Positions 1 through 9,672 are shown, counted from the first letter of the stretch. The stretch: 35,817 nt of DNA from Nitrospinaceae bacterium (GCA_046754465.1 JBHHVU010000031.1:1-35817), one strand, 5' to 3'. The notes: a model not told the origin generated them from the sequence alone. Numbers and translations are program-made.

Positions 1-54
1 CCTCCGACCCTCTGCTCCCAAAGCAGATGCGCTGCCAGGCTGCGCTACGCCCCG
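1..54 (-). tRNA. tRNA-Pro(TGG), 3' end truncated by window edge
   Basis: Reverse complement reads CGGGGCGTAGCGCAGCCTGGCAGCGCA-TCTGC-TTTGGGA-GCAGA-GGGTCGGAGG: typical tRNA-Pro 5' end, D-arm and anticodon arm with TGG. Confidence 0.93.
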
Positions 55-105
55 TCATGAAAAATTTTGATGAACCCCCTGACCGTGGCCGTTAACCCTT
101 CGCGG

Positions 106-816
106 TCAGTTGTGGGCGGAATGCATCCGGTGCATTGTTCTCCTCTGTTGAGGTGTCATGATCTTCAGGATGGCAATTTTGGCATCCGCTTTCCCCATGG
201 TGATCCGGCTCAGCGCCGTGCTGATGGCTTTGGCCGCGGCGCGAATCCTATTTTCGTCCACCGTTTCCGCGTGGACCAGCTGGTCCATTTCCAATCCGGC
301 AATGGCCAAATCGGCCTTGGCCTGGATCATCATCTTTTGGTATTCCAAGGAATGGTCTTTAATCCGGCGGACCTGGTCCTCGGTCAATCCCAGCTTGTGT
401 GCGAACTTCAGTGCGTGTTTGAAGGGATTGCCGCCAGACCCGTGAAAACCGCCGTGGCCCCAAACGCCGTGTCCGGTGGATCCTTTATATCTCCCATGTC
501 CGTAGGATTCCGATCGGCCATGGGCATATCCCTTGCTCCGGCTGCCCTCGGCTTGTTTCTTGTAAGCGCCATGACCTTTTTTTCCATATCCCTTGCTTCT
601 GCTTCCTTCTCTTTTTCCCACGGCGGAACTTGAAGCCCCCAGGGAATAACTTTGGCTTTTACTTCCTCCCACTTTTTTGTCCGCATCGTAACTGTAACTG
701 CCTTTGCTGTCGGTTCCTCCCGGAATGGAGGCGGCCAGGGACTGGGGAGCAAAAAATATTATTAGGAGGAAGGACAAAGCCAATACGGTTGCGCGTTTGG
801 GTGTAATTTTAAACAT
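106..816 (-). CDS. Periplasmic Spy/CpxP (LTXXQ) family protein with Gly/Ser/Lys/His-rich N-terminal extension
   Basis: ATG at 816 with GGAGGA SD at 826-821; signal peptide MFKITPKRATVLALSFLLIIFFAPQSLA; LTXXQ-like motifs LGLTEDQ and IMTPQQR flank a helical domain. The longer ORF from 1026 merely reads through tRNAs. Confidence 0.8.
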   Translation of the reverse strand: MFKITPKRATVLALSFLLIIFFAPQSLAASIPGGTDSKGSYSYDADKKVGGSKSQSYSLGASSSAVGKREGSRSKGYGKKGHGAYKKQAEGSRSKGYAHGRSESYGHGRYKGSTGHGVWGHGGFHGSGGNPFKHALKFAHKLGLTEDQVRRIKDHSLEYQKMMIQAKADLAIAGLEMDQLVHAETVDENRIRAAAKAISTALSRITMGKADAKIAILKIMTPQQRRTMHRMHSAHN

Positions 817-859
817 AATGTCCTCCATTGCTTTGTGAATTTTCCTTCCCGGGGAAAAC

Positions 860-936
<77 letters not shown>

Positions 937-947
937 AAAATAAGATT

Positions 948-1024
948 TGGGGTGAGCGACGGGACTTGAACCCGCGACAACTGGAGCCACAATCCAGCAC
1001 TCTACCAACTGAGCTACGCCCACC
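948..1024 (-). tRNA. tRNA-His(GTG), including G-1
   Basis: GGTGGGCGTAGCTCAGTTGGTAGAGTG-CTGGA-TTGTGGC-TCCAG-TTGTC-GCGGGTTCAAGTCCCGT-CGCTCACCCCA; G-1:C73 His identity element and CCA end. Confidence 0.96.
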
Positions 1025-1042
1025 ATATTGAGTTAGAATTTT

Positions 1043-1072
1043 ATCCTACAATGCGGGAGGAAGATAGGTCAA
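1043..1072 (-). promoter_or_regulatory. Putative sigma70 promoter for the tRNA cluster
   Basis: TTGACC-N18-TAGGAT ending about 19 nt upstream of tRNA-His. Confidence 0.55.
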
Positions 1073-1178
1073 AGAATCATCGAAAACCACCTTGGTCCGC
1101 CAATTAAGTATATCAAATCCAGCCGGGGAGGTGCTCCCCCGAAGGCACTCCATCAACCCGCACCAAGACAGGAACACC

Positions 1179-1637
1179 TCATTTGATGACACGCAAATGG
1201 CTCCGGTCTTTTTTGGTACTCAAAACCGGCGGCGGTGCACCCGGACTTTTTTCAGGTTTCAATGGGATTCCCTTGAGTTCCTTTTTCGGTGGTGATTTAT
1301 GGATCTTCTGTTCCGCCAGGTTGATATCCCTTGGCAGGCTGTCTTCCCAAACCTGCCCCTTCTTCATCAACGGTTCGTAAATGGCCCAGACCGAATCGAA
1401 GGGAATCACGCATTTGTGCGGTCTCCCATTAAACGACAGGGTGACGAATATACCATCCCTATTGATGTCTATGGGACGCTTGAAATTCAGATTGAATATC
1501 AAATTCAGGGAGGGATCGTTTTTGTACGCCTTGGGGACCTGGACCTCCGGGTTGCGTGCATCCAGGCATACCATGGCGTCCCCCTCGCTGAGAAGGGTCA
1601 ATAAAAAATCGTATTTATGCTTATTGTCCTCATCCAT
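1179..1637 (-). CDS. sspB: ClpXP protease specificity-enhancing factor SspB
   Basis: SspB core (LDARNPEVQVP...LSFNGRPHKCVIPFDSVWAIY), Pro/Lys-rich linker and C-terminal ClpX-binding motif HLRVIK. Confidence 0.9.
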   Translation of the reverse strand: MDEDNKHKYDFLLTLLSEGDAMVCLDARNPEVQVPKAYKNDPSLNLIFNLNFKRPIDINRDGIFVTLSFNGRPHKCVIPFDSVWAIYEPLMKKGQVWEDSLPRDINLAEQKIHKSPPKKELKGIPLKPEKSPGAPPPVLSTKKDRSHLRVIK

Positions 1638-1744
1638 ATCCTAAAATATCATAAAATGGGTTTCTAAAAAAGTCATGTTATTCTGTTGGGGGCGGAAGCT
1701 GGTTTTGGGTTGATTTTGAAAAAGATTGGGGTCCGGGAAGAACC

Positions 1745-1773
1745 TTGCCGCCAATGGGGGGAAATGCTATGAT
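1745..1773 (+). promoter_or_regulatory. Putative sigma70 promoter for the MBL-fold gene
   Basis: TTGCCG-N17-TATGAT with extended -10 TG; implies a leader of about 140 nt. Confidence 0.5.
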
Positions 1774-1918
1774 GCCTCCTTTTGGTTTTTCGGGTCCCGC
1801 GCGGGGGTCTTTTTTCGGTTCGCCGATTCGCCGCATCCCCTCTGGCAATTCCGGCCAAAGGTGGTTTCCCCCAAGGGATTTTAACCGGATCGATCATTTT
1901 TCGGGTTGGGAGAAAAAT

Positions 1919-2839
1919 ATGGCCGCAAAAAGGGTAGTCCGTTCGATTCAAATGATCTGTTTGAGTCTCTTGCTCAACGTGTTCCCTCTAAATGCCGTCT
2001 CGGCTAAAACGATCGAGGTCCTGGACAATATTTATACGATCGTCCATGGAGATGGGATCGATTCCAACTCGACCTTTATCATCACGAAACAAGGAGTGAT
2101 CGTGATCGATACCCGGACCAGTCCCCTGGAAGCGAAGAAAGTTCTGGATGAAATCCGTAAACTCACGGACCTGCCCATCCTCTACACCATCAACACCCAT
2201 TACCACGGAGATCATACTTTTGGCAACCAGGTGTTTATCGACAGCAAGGCGATCATCGCCCAGGAAAACGTGAGGCGGTCCCTGATCGGTCCCCATGGGC
2301 AGAAGCACCTGGACTTATTCAAGACCTTCGGTCTGCCGGGTTTGGATGAAGTGACCGTGACTCCGCCCAACATGGTATATAAAAAAAGAATGGATATCTA
2401 TCAGGGAGGATATCACCTACAGCTCCTTCACCGGGGGCGGGGCCATACCGATGGGGATACATTCATCTATCTCCAGGAACTCAGGACGGTGATTACCGGA
2501 GACCTCGTGTTCAACGAACAGATTCCCTACCTGGCGGACGCTTATATCGATGAGTGGATCGATACCTTGCAGTACATTGAAAACCAGGATAATGAACTCG
2601 TCGTCCCCGGTCATGGAGATGTGGGGGGAAAACCGATTATCATCGCCATGAAACATTTTTTGATACAATTGCGAAGCTTTGTCCGCGAGGAATTGAAAAA
2701 GGGAAGCTCCTTGAAGGAAACCAAGGAAAGGGTTCGTCCCCGCCTGCTGGAAAATTACAAGGATTGGAGCCATCTGGACAGACTCGACGGCGCGATCGAG
2801 CGGGCTTTCCTGGAATACAGCCTGAAAGAAAATATATGA
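1919..2839 (+). CDS. Secreted MBL-fold metallo-hydrolase (cyclase/SoxH-like group)
   Basis: THYHGDH, GHTDGD, TGDL and PGHG motifs; ATG at 1919 preceded by GGGAGA; signal-peptide-like N-terminus ending AVSA. Start is inferred. Confidence 0.85.
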   Translation: MAAKRVVRSIQMICLSLLLNVFPLNAVSAKTIEVLDNIYTIVHGDGIDSNSTFIITKQGVIVIDTRTSPLEAKKVLDEIRKLTDLPILYTINTHYHGDHTFGNQVFIDSKAIIAQENVRRSLIGPHGQKHLDLFKTFGLPGLDEVTVTPPNMVYKKRMDIYQGGYHLQLLHRGRGHTDGDTFIYLQELRTVITGDLVFNEQIPYLADAYIDEWIDTLQYIENQDNELVVPGHGDVGGKPIIIAMKHFLIQLRSFVREELKKGSSLKETKERVRPRLLENYKDWSHLDRLDGAIERAFLEYSLKENI

Positions 2840-2856
2840 CCCTCGCCCCTGGGGAG

Positions 2857-3002
2857 GGGATAGGTCCTCTCTAAATCGCCCGTTGGTCTTTGTCCGCCTA
2901 TAACGCATGTCCCATCCGCCCCCGCCGGGCCACGCCCGGTAGGGATAGGTCCTCTCTAAATCGCCCGTTGGTCTTTGTCCGCCATATAACGCACGTCCTA
3001 TC
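2857..3002. repeat. Two-copy direct repeat (42 bp identical core, ~60 bp unit, 85 bp period)
   Basis: GGGATAGGTCCTCTCTAAATCGCCCGTTGGTCTTTGTCCGCC at 2857-2898 and 2942-2983, each continuing imperfectly with TATAACGCAYGTCCYATC. Confidence 0.92.
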
Positions 3003-3022
3003 TGCCTCCGGAGGCACTCCGG

Positions 3023-3943
3023 TCAAATTGCCCGTGGCGGCTCGCCACCCCGGCGGCGCTCCGTGCGATAAAAGCGGCTGAACCCAAACAGGAACAACGT
3101 GGCCCCGGCCATTTCCGATCCTTCTTCCAAACCGATCAATAGCCGGGAGTAATCCAGGCTGATGGGATCGACAATATTTTTTGCCAAACCTTCCAACAAT
3201 AGCACCGATACCCACAGGGCCAGTCCCGCGAACATGATTAGTAAAACCCATGGGTCCTTTTTAAACTGTTTCAGGAAAAATCGGATCAGGATAAAAATGA
3301 CGGCCAGAATAAACGGTAAATAAAACCACAGCCATTCGTGGATGAAGTGGAATACCGAGGCATGGGGAACCAGGTTCTGCGACCATTTGATAAAGTTTTC
3401 ATGAATTCCGACGCAGTCATCCAGGCCGATGTAGAAATACAGGGACGCGGCAAAGTACCAGGGCCACTGGGATTTCCATGAAGCCCCCTCGGGGCGGGTT
3501 TCCCTGGCCACGATGAGGACGAAGATTCCCAAAAGGTATAACTGCAGCGTCGAGAAATGGGTGCCATAACCCTGTTCCGCATTGAGGTTCCAATGAAAAT
3601 TCTCCGGATAAAGGAACCACATGATTTCAAGCCCCACCTCGATGGATAAGAGGAGACCGAAGAGGTAATACCGGTGGGGATCCTCCGTGACCAGCCGTTT
3701 CAATCGATTCAGCCAGACTTCGCGGAACCGGGGGTTGACCACGCCGAGCAGGAACAGGGTTCCCAGTAAAATGGCCAAAGGATTATTCAGCTTCGTTCCC
3801 AGCATGGGGATGGGAGAAGCAATGCCAAGCTGGGTGTGAAGAAAAATAAGCAACAGGACCACGAAATTCACCGCGATGAATATCCGCAAAATCAGGTCCG
3901 CCGCAACTCTCAAGGGCTGCGATGGGAATGCGCCGGTTTTCAT
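3023..3943 (-). CDS. Uncharacterised polytopic membrane protein
   Basis: About 8 hydrophobic segments; polar motifs LDDCVGIHE and LEEGSEM; start overlaps the stop of the upstream GT-C gene by 4 nt. Confidence 0.8.
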   Translation of the reverse strand: MKTGAFPSQPLRVAADLILRIFIAVNFVVLLLIFLHTQLGIASPIPMLGTKLNNPLAILLGTLFLLGVVNPRFREVWLNRLKRLVTEDPHRYYLFGLLLSIEVGLEIMWFLYPENFHWNLNAEQGYGTHFSTLQLYLLGIFVLIVARETRPEGASWKSQWPWYFAASLYFYIGLDDCVGIHENFIKWSQNLVPHASVFHFIHEWLWFYLPFILAVIFILIRFFLKQFKKDPWVLLIMFAGLALWVSVLLLEGLAKNIVDPISLDYSRLLIGLEEGSEMAGATLFLFGFSRFYRTERRRGGEPPRAI

Positions 3944-5631
3944 AACGGAGGATTGGCCGAATCGGACAGGGTCCGAACCAGGCGATATTGTTTGAAAAGG
4001 GAATCCTTCGTTTTCAGTATAACTTCAAGCCGGGGATGCTTTTCCAACACGCCCTGAACTTCCGATTCCCGGATCAGGAGATAAGAGCGGGGATTCCGGT
4101 AAAGCGTTTGGATGGTTTTTCCCCTAGGAGCCTCCCGAACCGGCCGGTCGATATAATAAAGAAGATCCTCCCGCGCCTGGCCATAATGCAGAAGAGGGTT
4201 CTGCCCTACTGTGGAGGCTACTTGGCGGGCAAAGGGTTTCAGGGAAGAGTATTGATTGACCACCCGAGCGACGGGTCCGTGCACGGTTATCAGAATGAGA
4301 AGCGCCCAGCCAGTGACCCCTCCCCAAACCCCCAAGGGAGAATTTTTCCCGAGGGCCAGCGTCAAACCTCCCGCAAAAAGGAACATGACCCCCGCCGCCG
4401 CGGCAAGCCAGGGCCAGGCAGGGAAATGGCGTTCGATCAGCAGCCCCGTCATCCATTGATCCTTGCCGGAAAGAAAACCAAACAATTTTTCCGGTGGGAT
4501 GTGCGGGATCAGGCTGGCGAGGATAAACAGCAGGCCCAGGATCACATTCAGAACCACAAAAACCCTCGTGGTTCGCTTCAGGCCGTTCGAAAGACGTTGC
4601 GTTTCGAAAGTGGAACGGCTGAAGAAATGCGCGATCAACAGAGCCGCCATGGGATAAAGAGGAAGCAGGTAATCGCCGCGTTTGCCCGGGACCAGGGAAA
4701 GAAAAACAAATAGGACCGTAAAGGCGGCCGCGGGATATTGCCAGCGGGAATCCTTTCGGTGAATCCTAAAACCCGCCCAGAGAACCACGGGCAGGAACAA
4801 ACTCCATGGAGCGAGACCCAGGAAAATTTGGGGAATATAAAAATAGAAAGGTTTTCGATGAATTTGAATAGATGCATTCCCGGTCAACCGGCCGAGGGTT
4901 TCCTGGTGAATCATGTTCAGGAACGGTTGTCCCCCTTCCGCGGCCCCCGCGGCAAACCACACCAAAACCATGGCCAAGGGCGCCAGAACAAGCCGGAGCC
5001 AGGGAACGGCGCCGGGGGGATTTATTCTCTTGAAAAAAAACAGGGCGAGAAGGGGAAAGATCCATCCCAGCGGACCTTTGGTGAGAAAAGCCGCGCCCAG
5101 GGCGACCGCGGCCAGCCACCCGGCCCGGTCCCGGGTTTCCGCTTTCTCCGCCGCCAACATCATCCAGAACGCCGCGAATGCGCCGGTGATAAAAAACGCG
5201 AACAACATATCGATGCGCGCGTGGGAGGCCAGATAAGCGAAGCGCCAAGAAGTGACCAGGATCAATCCCGCCATGATCCCGGTGGAAGCGGAAAAAAGAC
5301 GCCATCCCAGCCAGGTGGTCAGGGCGGCGGTTCCCGTTCCCGCCAAAACCGATGGCAGACGCAGCGAGATTTCATTCACTTTCCCCAGGGCCAACGAGGA
5401 AAGCAGACCCGACCAGTAAAACAGGGGGGGTTTGGTGCGGACCCTCTGGCTGTTAATTTTTGGAAGCCAAAGGCTTCCTCCCTGAGCCATTATTTTTACG
5501 GGAATACTTTCCCGGGCTTCTCTTTTGGAAAGGTCCGTATGGGGAACGATCCAAAGAAAAAGGAGAAAGGCGATCAGGGACGAACCCCACCGCTGCAGGA
5601 AAAATGCGGTTCCATTCAAGGTATTGAACAT
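3940..5631 (-). CDS. ArnT/PMT_2-like (GT-C fold, GT39/GT83) membrane glycosyltransferase
   Basis: KPPLFYW, LRLPS, ARIDM, LTKGP, H.KPFYFY, PWS, KR.DYLLP.YP and SLKPFA motifs. Start at 5631 is inferred; the ORF extends to 5739. Confidence 0.88.
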   Translation of the reverse strand: MFNTLNGTAFFLQRWGSSLIAFLLFLWIVPHTDLSKREARESIPVKIMAQGGSLWLPKINSQRVRTKPPLFYWSGLLSSLALGKVNEISLRLPSVLAGTGTAALTTWLGWRLFSASTGIMAGLILVTSWRFAYLASHARIDMLFAFFITGAFAAFWMMLAAEKAETRDRAGWLAAVALGAAFLTKGPLGWIFPLLALFFFKRINPPGAVPWLRLVLAPLAMVLVWFAAGAAEGGQPFLNMIHQETLGRLTGNASIQIHRKPFYFYIPQIFLGLAPWSLFLPVVLWAGFRIHRKDSRWQYPAAAFTVLFVFLSLVPGKRGDYLLPLYPMAALLIAHFFSRSTFETQRLSNGLKRTTRVFVVLNVILGLLFILASLIPHIPPEKLFGFLSGKDQWMTGLLIERHFPAWPWLAAAAGVMFLFAGGLTLALGKNSPLGVWGGVTGWALLILITVHGPVARVVNQYSSLKPFARQVASTVGQNPLLHYGQAREDLLYYIDRPVREAPRGKTIQTLYRNPRSYLLIRESEVQGVLEKHPRLEVILKTKDSLFKQYRLVRTLSDSANPPL

Positions 5632-5739
5632 TTCAGATTTTCTGGAAGGCAGGCATTCAGTCCTGCCATTGGTATTCGGGACCTTAAAGAGCCGCTCCGG
5701 GGAACCCGGGTTCCGCCGTCCCGGAAAAACACGGCTCAA

Positions 5740-7542
5740 TTACTCCAAAAGAGTCCCTTTCTTTTTCCAGTATTCCCGGAGGGTGTGTTCTTCGTCCAGG
5801 AAGGTATCTAGATAAGTGTGATTGGCGGGAATCATGGGCATGACGTGCCCCATGCTTTTGTCGTTATAAGGATATTTCACATCCAGGACGTAAGGTCCCT
5901 TGGATTTCAACATGCGTTTCAGCGCGGGGACCACTTCCTCGGGCTGGCGGATGCTTTCCGATTTGATACCGAACGCGTGGGCGATTTCGGCGAAATTGGC
6001 GTCGCCCAGAAAAGTATGCCCCCGGATGGATTTGTAAAACCGGTCTTCCCACTGGGCCACCATGCCTAAATGGGCGTTGTTAAGGACCACGTTCTTGACG
6101 GGAATTTTCTCGATTTTCAGGGTTTGCAATTCCTGGATATTCATCAGAAAACTGCCGTCACCCTCGATGTTGATGACTTGACGGCCGGGGTAGGCCACTT
6201 GGGCTCCCATGGCCGCGGGCAACCCGAAACCCATGGCCCCAAGCCCGGAGGAACACAGCCAGTGCAGGGGCTCCTTGAAGTTCCAGAACTGGGCCGTCCA
6301 CATCTGGTGTTGTCCCACCCCCACCGAAACGATGGCGTCGTTGTCCGCGAGTTTGTTGAGTTCGGCGATGACGCGCTGGGGAACGATGGCATCTTCCTGG
6401 AGCGGGAATTTTAAAGGGAACTCTTTTTTCCAGGCCTGGACCTGCTCGACCCAGGGTTTGATGTCAATCTTCTTTTCCAGCCGCCCGTTCATCATTTTCA
6501 AGGCTTGCCTGACATCCCCCTGGATGGGTATGTCCACGATCACGTTTTTGTTGATTTCGGACGCGTCGATATCGACATGGATGAATTTGGCGTTTTTGCA
6601 GAATTCGGACAGTTTCCCCGTCACCCGGTCGTCGAACCGCACCCCGAGGGCGATCACCAGGTCGGCATGGTTGATGGCGATATTGGCGTAAACCGCCCCG
6701 TGCATTCCCAGCATTCTCAGCGACAAAGGGTCCTCGGAGGGATAGGCTCCCAGCCCCATGACGGTGGTGGTGATGGGAATCCCGGTTTTTTTGACGAAAG
6801 CGCGGAGTTCCTGGGAAGCGCCGCTGGAGATGATCCCGCCTCCTGCGTAAATGACAGGACGCCGGGCCGCCTTGATCGCGTGGACCGCTTTTTTGATCTG
6901 CAGGGCCGAAGGCTCGAGATTGGGTTTGTAACTGGGGCAATCGAATTTTACGTTGAAATTGGGAACCGATTCCTGTTGCTGGATATTTTTCGGGATATCG
7001 ATCAACACCGGGCCGGGCCGTCCGGTGCGGGCGATGGTGAACGCTTCGTGAACCACCTTCGGAATGTCTCGCGTGTCCTGTAGCAGGTAGCTGTGCTTCA
7101 CCAGGGGAAAGGTGGAGCCGATGATATCGGTTTCCTGGAAGGCATCGCTTCCCAGAACGGGGGCGGGCACCTGCCCCGTGATGGCGACGATGGGGATGGA
7201 ATCCATCTTCGCGTCGATGATGCCGGTCAACAGGTTCACCGCGCCGGGCCCCGAGGTGGCGAGGCACACGCCAATCTTCCCGGTGCTCCGGGCGTAACCG
7301 CCAGCGGCAAAAGCCCCGCCCTGCTCATGACGGGGCAGGACCATGCGTATCTTTTTGCTCAGGGTCAACCCCTGGTGAATTTCCATCGAGGCGCCGCCGG
7401 GATACCCGAAGATAACTTCCACGCCTTCGTTTTCCAGTGCTTTCACGAGAATATCCCTTCCCTTCATAATGCATTTTTCCGCGTGGGAAGAAGATTTGGA
7501 TGCCGAGGGGCGTTTTTTCAGAGTGGGTGTTTTCGTTTTCAT
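5740..7542 (-). CDS. ilvB: Acetolactate synthase large (catalytic) subunit
   Basis: IFGYPGG, RHEQG, TSGPGA, GMHG, RFDDRVTG, VGQHQMW and ThDP motif GDGSFLMNIQEL...NN; alternative start at MKGRDIL. Confidence 0.96.
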   Translation of the reverse strand: MKTKTPTLKKRPSASKSSSHAEKCIMKGRDILVKALENEGVEVIFGYPGGASMEIHQGLTLSKKIRMVLPRHEQGGAFAAGGYARSTGKIGVCLATSGPGAVNLLTGIIDAKMDSIPIVAITGQVPAPVLGSDAFQETDIIGSTFPLVKHSYLLQDTRDIPKVVHEAFTIARTGRPGPVLIDIPKNIQQQESVPNFNVKFDCPSYKPNLEPSALQIKKAVHAIKAARRPVIYAGGGIISSGASQELRAFVKKTGIPITTTVMGLGAYPSEDPLSLRMLGMHGAVYANIAINHADLVIALGVRFDDRVTGKLSEFCKNAKFIHVDIDASEINKNVIVDIPIQGDVRQALKMMNGRLEKKIDIKPWVEQVQAWKKEFPLKFPLQEDAIVPQRVIAELNKLADNDAIVSVGVGQHQMWTAQFWNFKEPLHWLCSSGLGAMGFGLPAAMGAQVAYPGRQVINIEGDGSFLMNIQELQTLKIEKIPVKNVVLNNAHLGMVAQWEDRFYKSIRGHTFLGDANFAEIAHAFGIKSESIRQPEEVVPALKRMLKSKGPYVLDVKYPYNDKSMGHVMPMIPANHTYLDTFLDEEHTLREYWKKKGTLLE

Positions 7543-7651
7543 GGCTTATTCAGAAACTTAACTGAATTGTTAAATGATGTCAAATTCAATCCCTCCGATG
7601 GGGATCCACTTCACAAAAGTTCATGGTTGTTATAAGAAGGTTCGGGCGCGG

Positions 7652-8572
7652 TCACTCAAGAGCCTTCAGAAGGATCCCCTCCCGCAAACCGTATTCACTC
7701 ACTGTGAGGAGGTCGCATTGGAAAGCCCGCATGGTTTCCAGGACGATGGCCGTTCCGGCGATGATCAGGTCCGCCCTTCCCGGTTCCAGCGGTTTCAGCA
7801 GCCGCCTTTCCTCGATGGACTTGCCTTTCAAGTCGTTTTGAATCCGCTGAATTTGGTTTCGGGACAGGACCGCGCCGTGGATTTTTTCCGGATCGTAGGG
7901 ATAAATATTTTCCTGGAGGGCCGCCAGGGTGGTCACGGTGCCGGCGGTTCCGATCAACAGTTCGGGTTGGAAGCCGGAAAGCCGGGCGGTCACGCCCGCC
8001 AATTCAGCCTGGATATAGGCCTGAAGGTGTTCGTACTCATCCTTGGCGATGGGGTGCCGGGTGATGAATTTCTCCGTTAGGCGAACCGTTCCCAGGGAGG
8101 TGCTTTGCGCCCCGCCAATCGATTTGCCCCGGGAAAGAATGAATTCCGTGCTGCCGCCGCCTATGTCGAAGGTCAGGGTTTTTCTGTCTTGGGGGGGGAT
8201 TTTCCAGAAAACCCCTTCCAGGGTCAGCCCCGCCTCTTCTTCCCAGGAAATGACTTCGACCTTTATCCCCGTCCGTGCCAGCGCCCGGCGCACGAATTCC
8301 TCGCCATTGGAAGCTTCCCGGACGGCGCTGGTGGCCACTGCCCGGATGGGGATGGTCCCGTGTGTCCGGCAGATGTCCCTAAATTCCGACAAGACCGACA
8401 GTGTGGATTCCATCCGGGGGTCGAGCAGGGTCTTTCCCGCGTTCATCCCTTCTCCCAGGCGAGTGATTCTCCGGGCCGAGCCGAGCTCCGTGAAATGTCC
8501 GTTGGGTCCTTCCTGGAGAATGAGCAGCCGCACGGTATTGGTGCCGATATCAATGGATGCGCGTTTTTTCAT
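7652..8572 (-). CDS. ppx: Ppx/GppA family phosphatase (short form, no C-terminal HD domain)
   Basis: IDIGTNTVRL, ATSAVREA, EEEA, DIGGGSTE, GRADLI and GLREG motifs. Confidence 0.92.
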   Translation of the reverse strand: MKKRASIDIGTNTVRLLILQEGPNGHFTELGSARRITRLGEGMNAGKTLLDPRMESTLSVLSEFRDICRTHGTIPIRAVATSAVREASNGEEFVRRALARTGIKVEVISWEEEAGLTLEGVFWKIPPQDRKTLTFDIGGGSTEFILSRGKSIGGAQSTSLGTVRLTEKFITRHPIAKDEYEHLQAYIQAELAGVTARLSGFQPELLIGTAGTVTTLAALQENIYPYDPEKIHGAVLSRNQIQRIQNDLKGKSIEERRLLKPLEPGRADLIIAGTAIVLETMRAFQCDLLTVSEYGLREGILLKALE

Positions 8573-9672
8573 TTCCGGAAAGGCAATAAGGTTTCACTGT
8601 CGATGGTGAGAATAAGATAAAAGCCGATGGACGTAAACAACGCCAGCGGGCCCCATGCGGCGAGAACGGGTCCGAAGGTTCCCCCCCGTCCCAGGGAAAT
8701 CCCCATCGCATAAAGAAAAGAAAAAAATATTCCCAGGCTCAGGTTCAAGGCGACGGAAAACAGGACGCCGCCATGGCGGCTGGTGCGAAGGGAAAGCGGG
8801 ATGCCGATCAAGGCCATGACAATCGCGATGAAGGGATAGGAGATTTTGTGATGCAGGTCCACCCATTTTTTGGACACATCCTTGCCTTCCGATTGCCAGG
8901 CTAGGATTTCTTCGTACAATTTTCTCAAGTTCATTTCTTCGGGACGTTTTTTGATGATTTGAAAATCCGACGGGATTTCCGAAAATGGAAAATAATTTTT
9001 CTCGAAGAACTCGGTTTTTTCCAGGCCCTCCGGTCCAAAGGACCGCACAAAGCCGTCAATGAACTCCCATCGGTTGTCCTTCCATACGGCCTTCGCGGAA
9101 TCGATGCGCTTTTGGATGAACTGATCATCCCGCGTGATGAATATGCTGACCCCCTTCAGTGTGGAATGTTGCGGATCGAAATTCTCCACATTCCAGATGG
9201 TGCCCGCTTTGGATTTGTACCAAATCTTGTCCTTGATGATTTTCCCCGACGTCGCCCTTCCGCGGACCTGGACGAAGAAAATATGGTTCATTTTCTTGCT
9301 GGTGACGGGGGCGATATATTCATTGCTGGCGAGCACGAGCAAGGCGATGAGCATGGCCCCCCCCACGATCGGCAGGGTGATTCCCGTCACGCTGATTCCG
9401 CTGGCCTTAATGGCGGTGATCTCGTTGTTCTTGCTCAGGGAGGCGATGGCGATCACCGTTGCCAGCAGCACGGCCTGGGGGGCCATGAAGAAAAATGCGA
9501 AGGGGATTTTATAAAAATAGTAAGCCAGCAGCATCCAGGCCGGAACCCCCCTGCTGACGAACTCGTCGACCCTCTCAAAAAAATCACCGATCAGAAAAAT
9601 ACCCACCAGTCCGCAGGCGGAGAGCAGGAATAAACGAAAAAATTCTGTCAATATATAGCGTTTGAGGATCAT
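8569..9672 (-). CDS. lptG: LPS export ABC transporter permease LptG (LptF/LptG family)
   Basis: ILKRYI...FF, NNEITAIKASGIS, periplasmic beta-jellyroll region, KISYPF and C-terminal LAAWGP; six-TM pattern. Confidence 0.85.
   Translation of the reverse strand: MILKRYILTEFFRLFLLSACGLVGIFLIGDFFERVDEFVSRGVPAWMLLAYYFYKIPFAFFFMAPQAVLLATVIAIASLSKNNEITAIKASGISVTGITLPIVGGAMLIALLVLASNEYIAPVTSKKMNHIFFVQVRGRATSGKIIKDKIWYKSKAGTIWNVENFDPQHSTLKGVSIFITRDDQFIQKRIDSAKAVWKDNRWEFIDGFVRSFGPEGLEKTEFFEKNYFPFSEIPSDFQIIKKRPEEMNLRKLYEEILAWQSEGKDVSKKWVDLHHKISYPFIAIVMALIGIPLSLRTSRHGGVLFSVALNLSLGIFFSFLYAMGISLGRGGTFGPVLAAWGPLALFTSIGFYLILTIDSETLLPFRK

Noticed and set aside
1919..2839. Metallo-beta-lactamase resistance gene
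   Set aside because: HxHxDH plus bridging GD pattern is generic for MBL-fold hydrolases; the B1 Cys ligand is absent and there is no mobile context.
2857..3002. CRISPR array interpretation of the direct repeat
   Set aside because: Only two copies, similarity extends to about 60 bp, the intervening sequence is itself a hairpin, and no cas genes are in the window.
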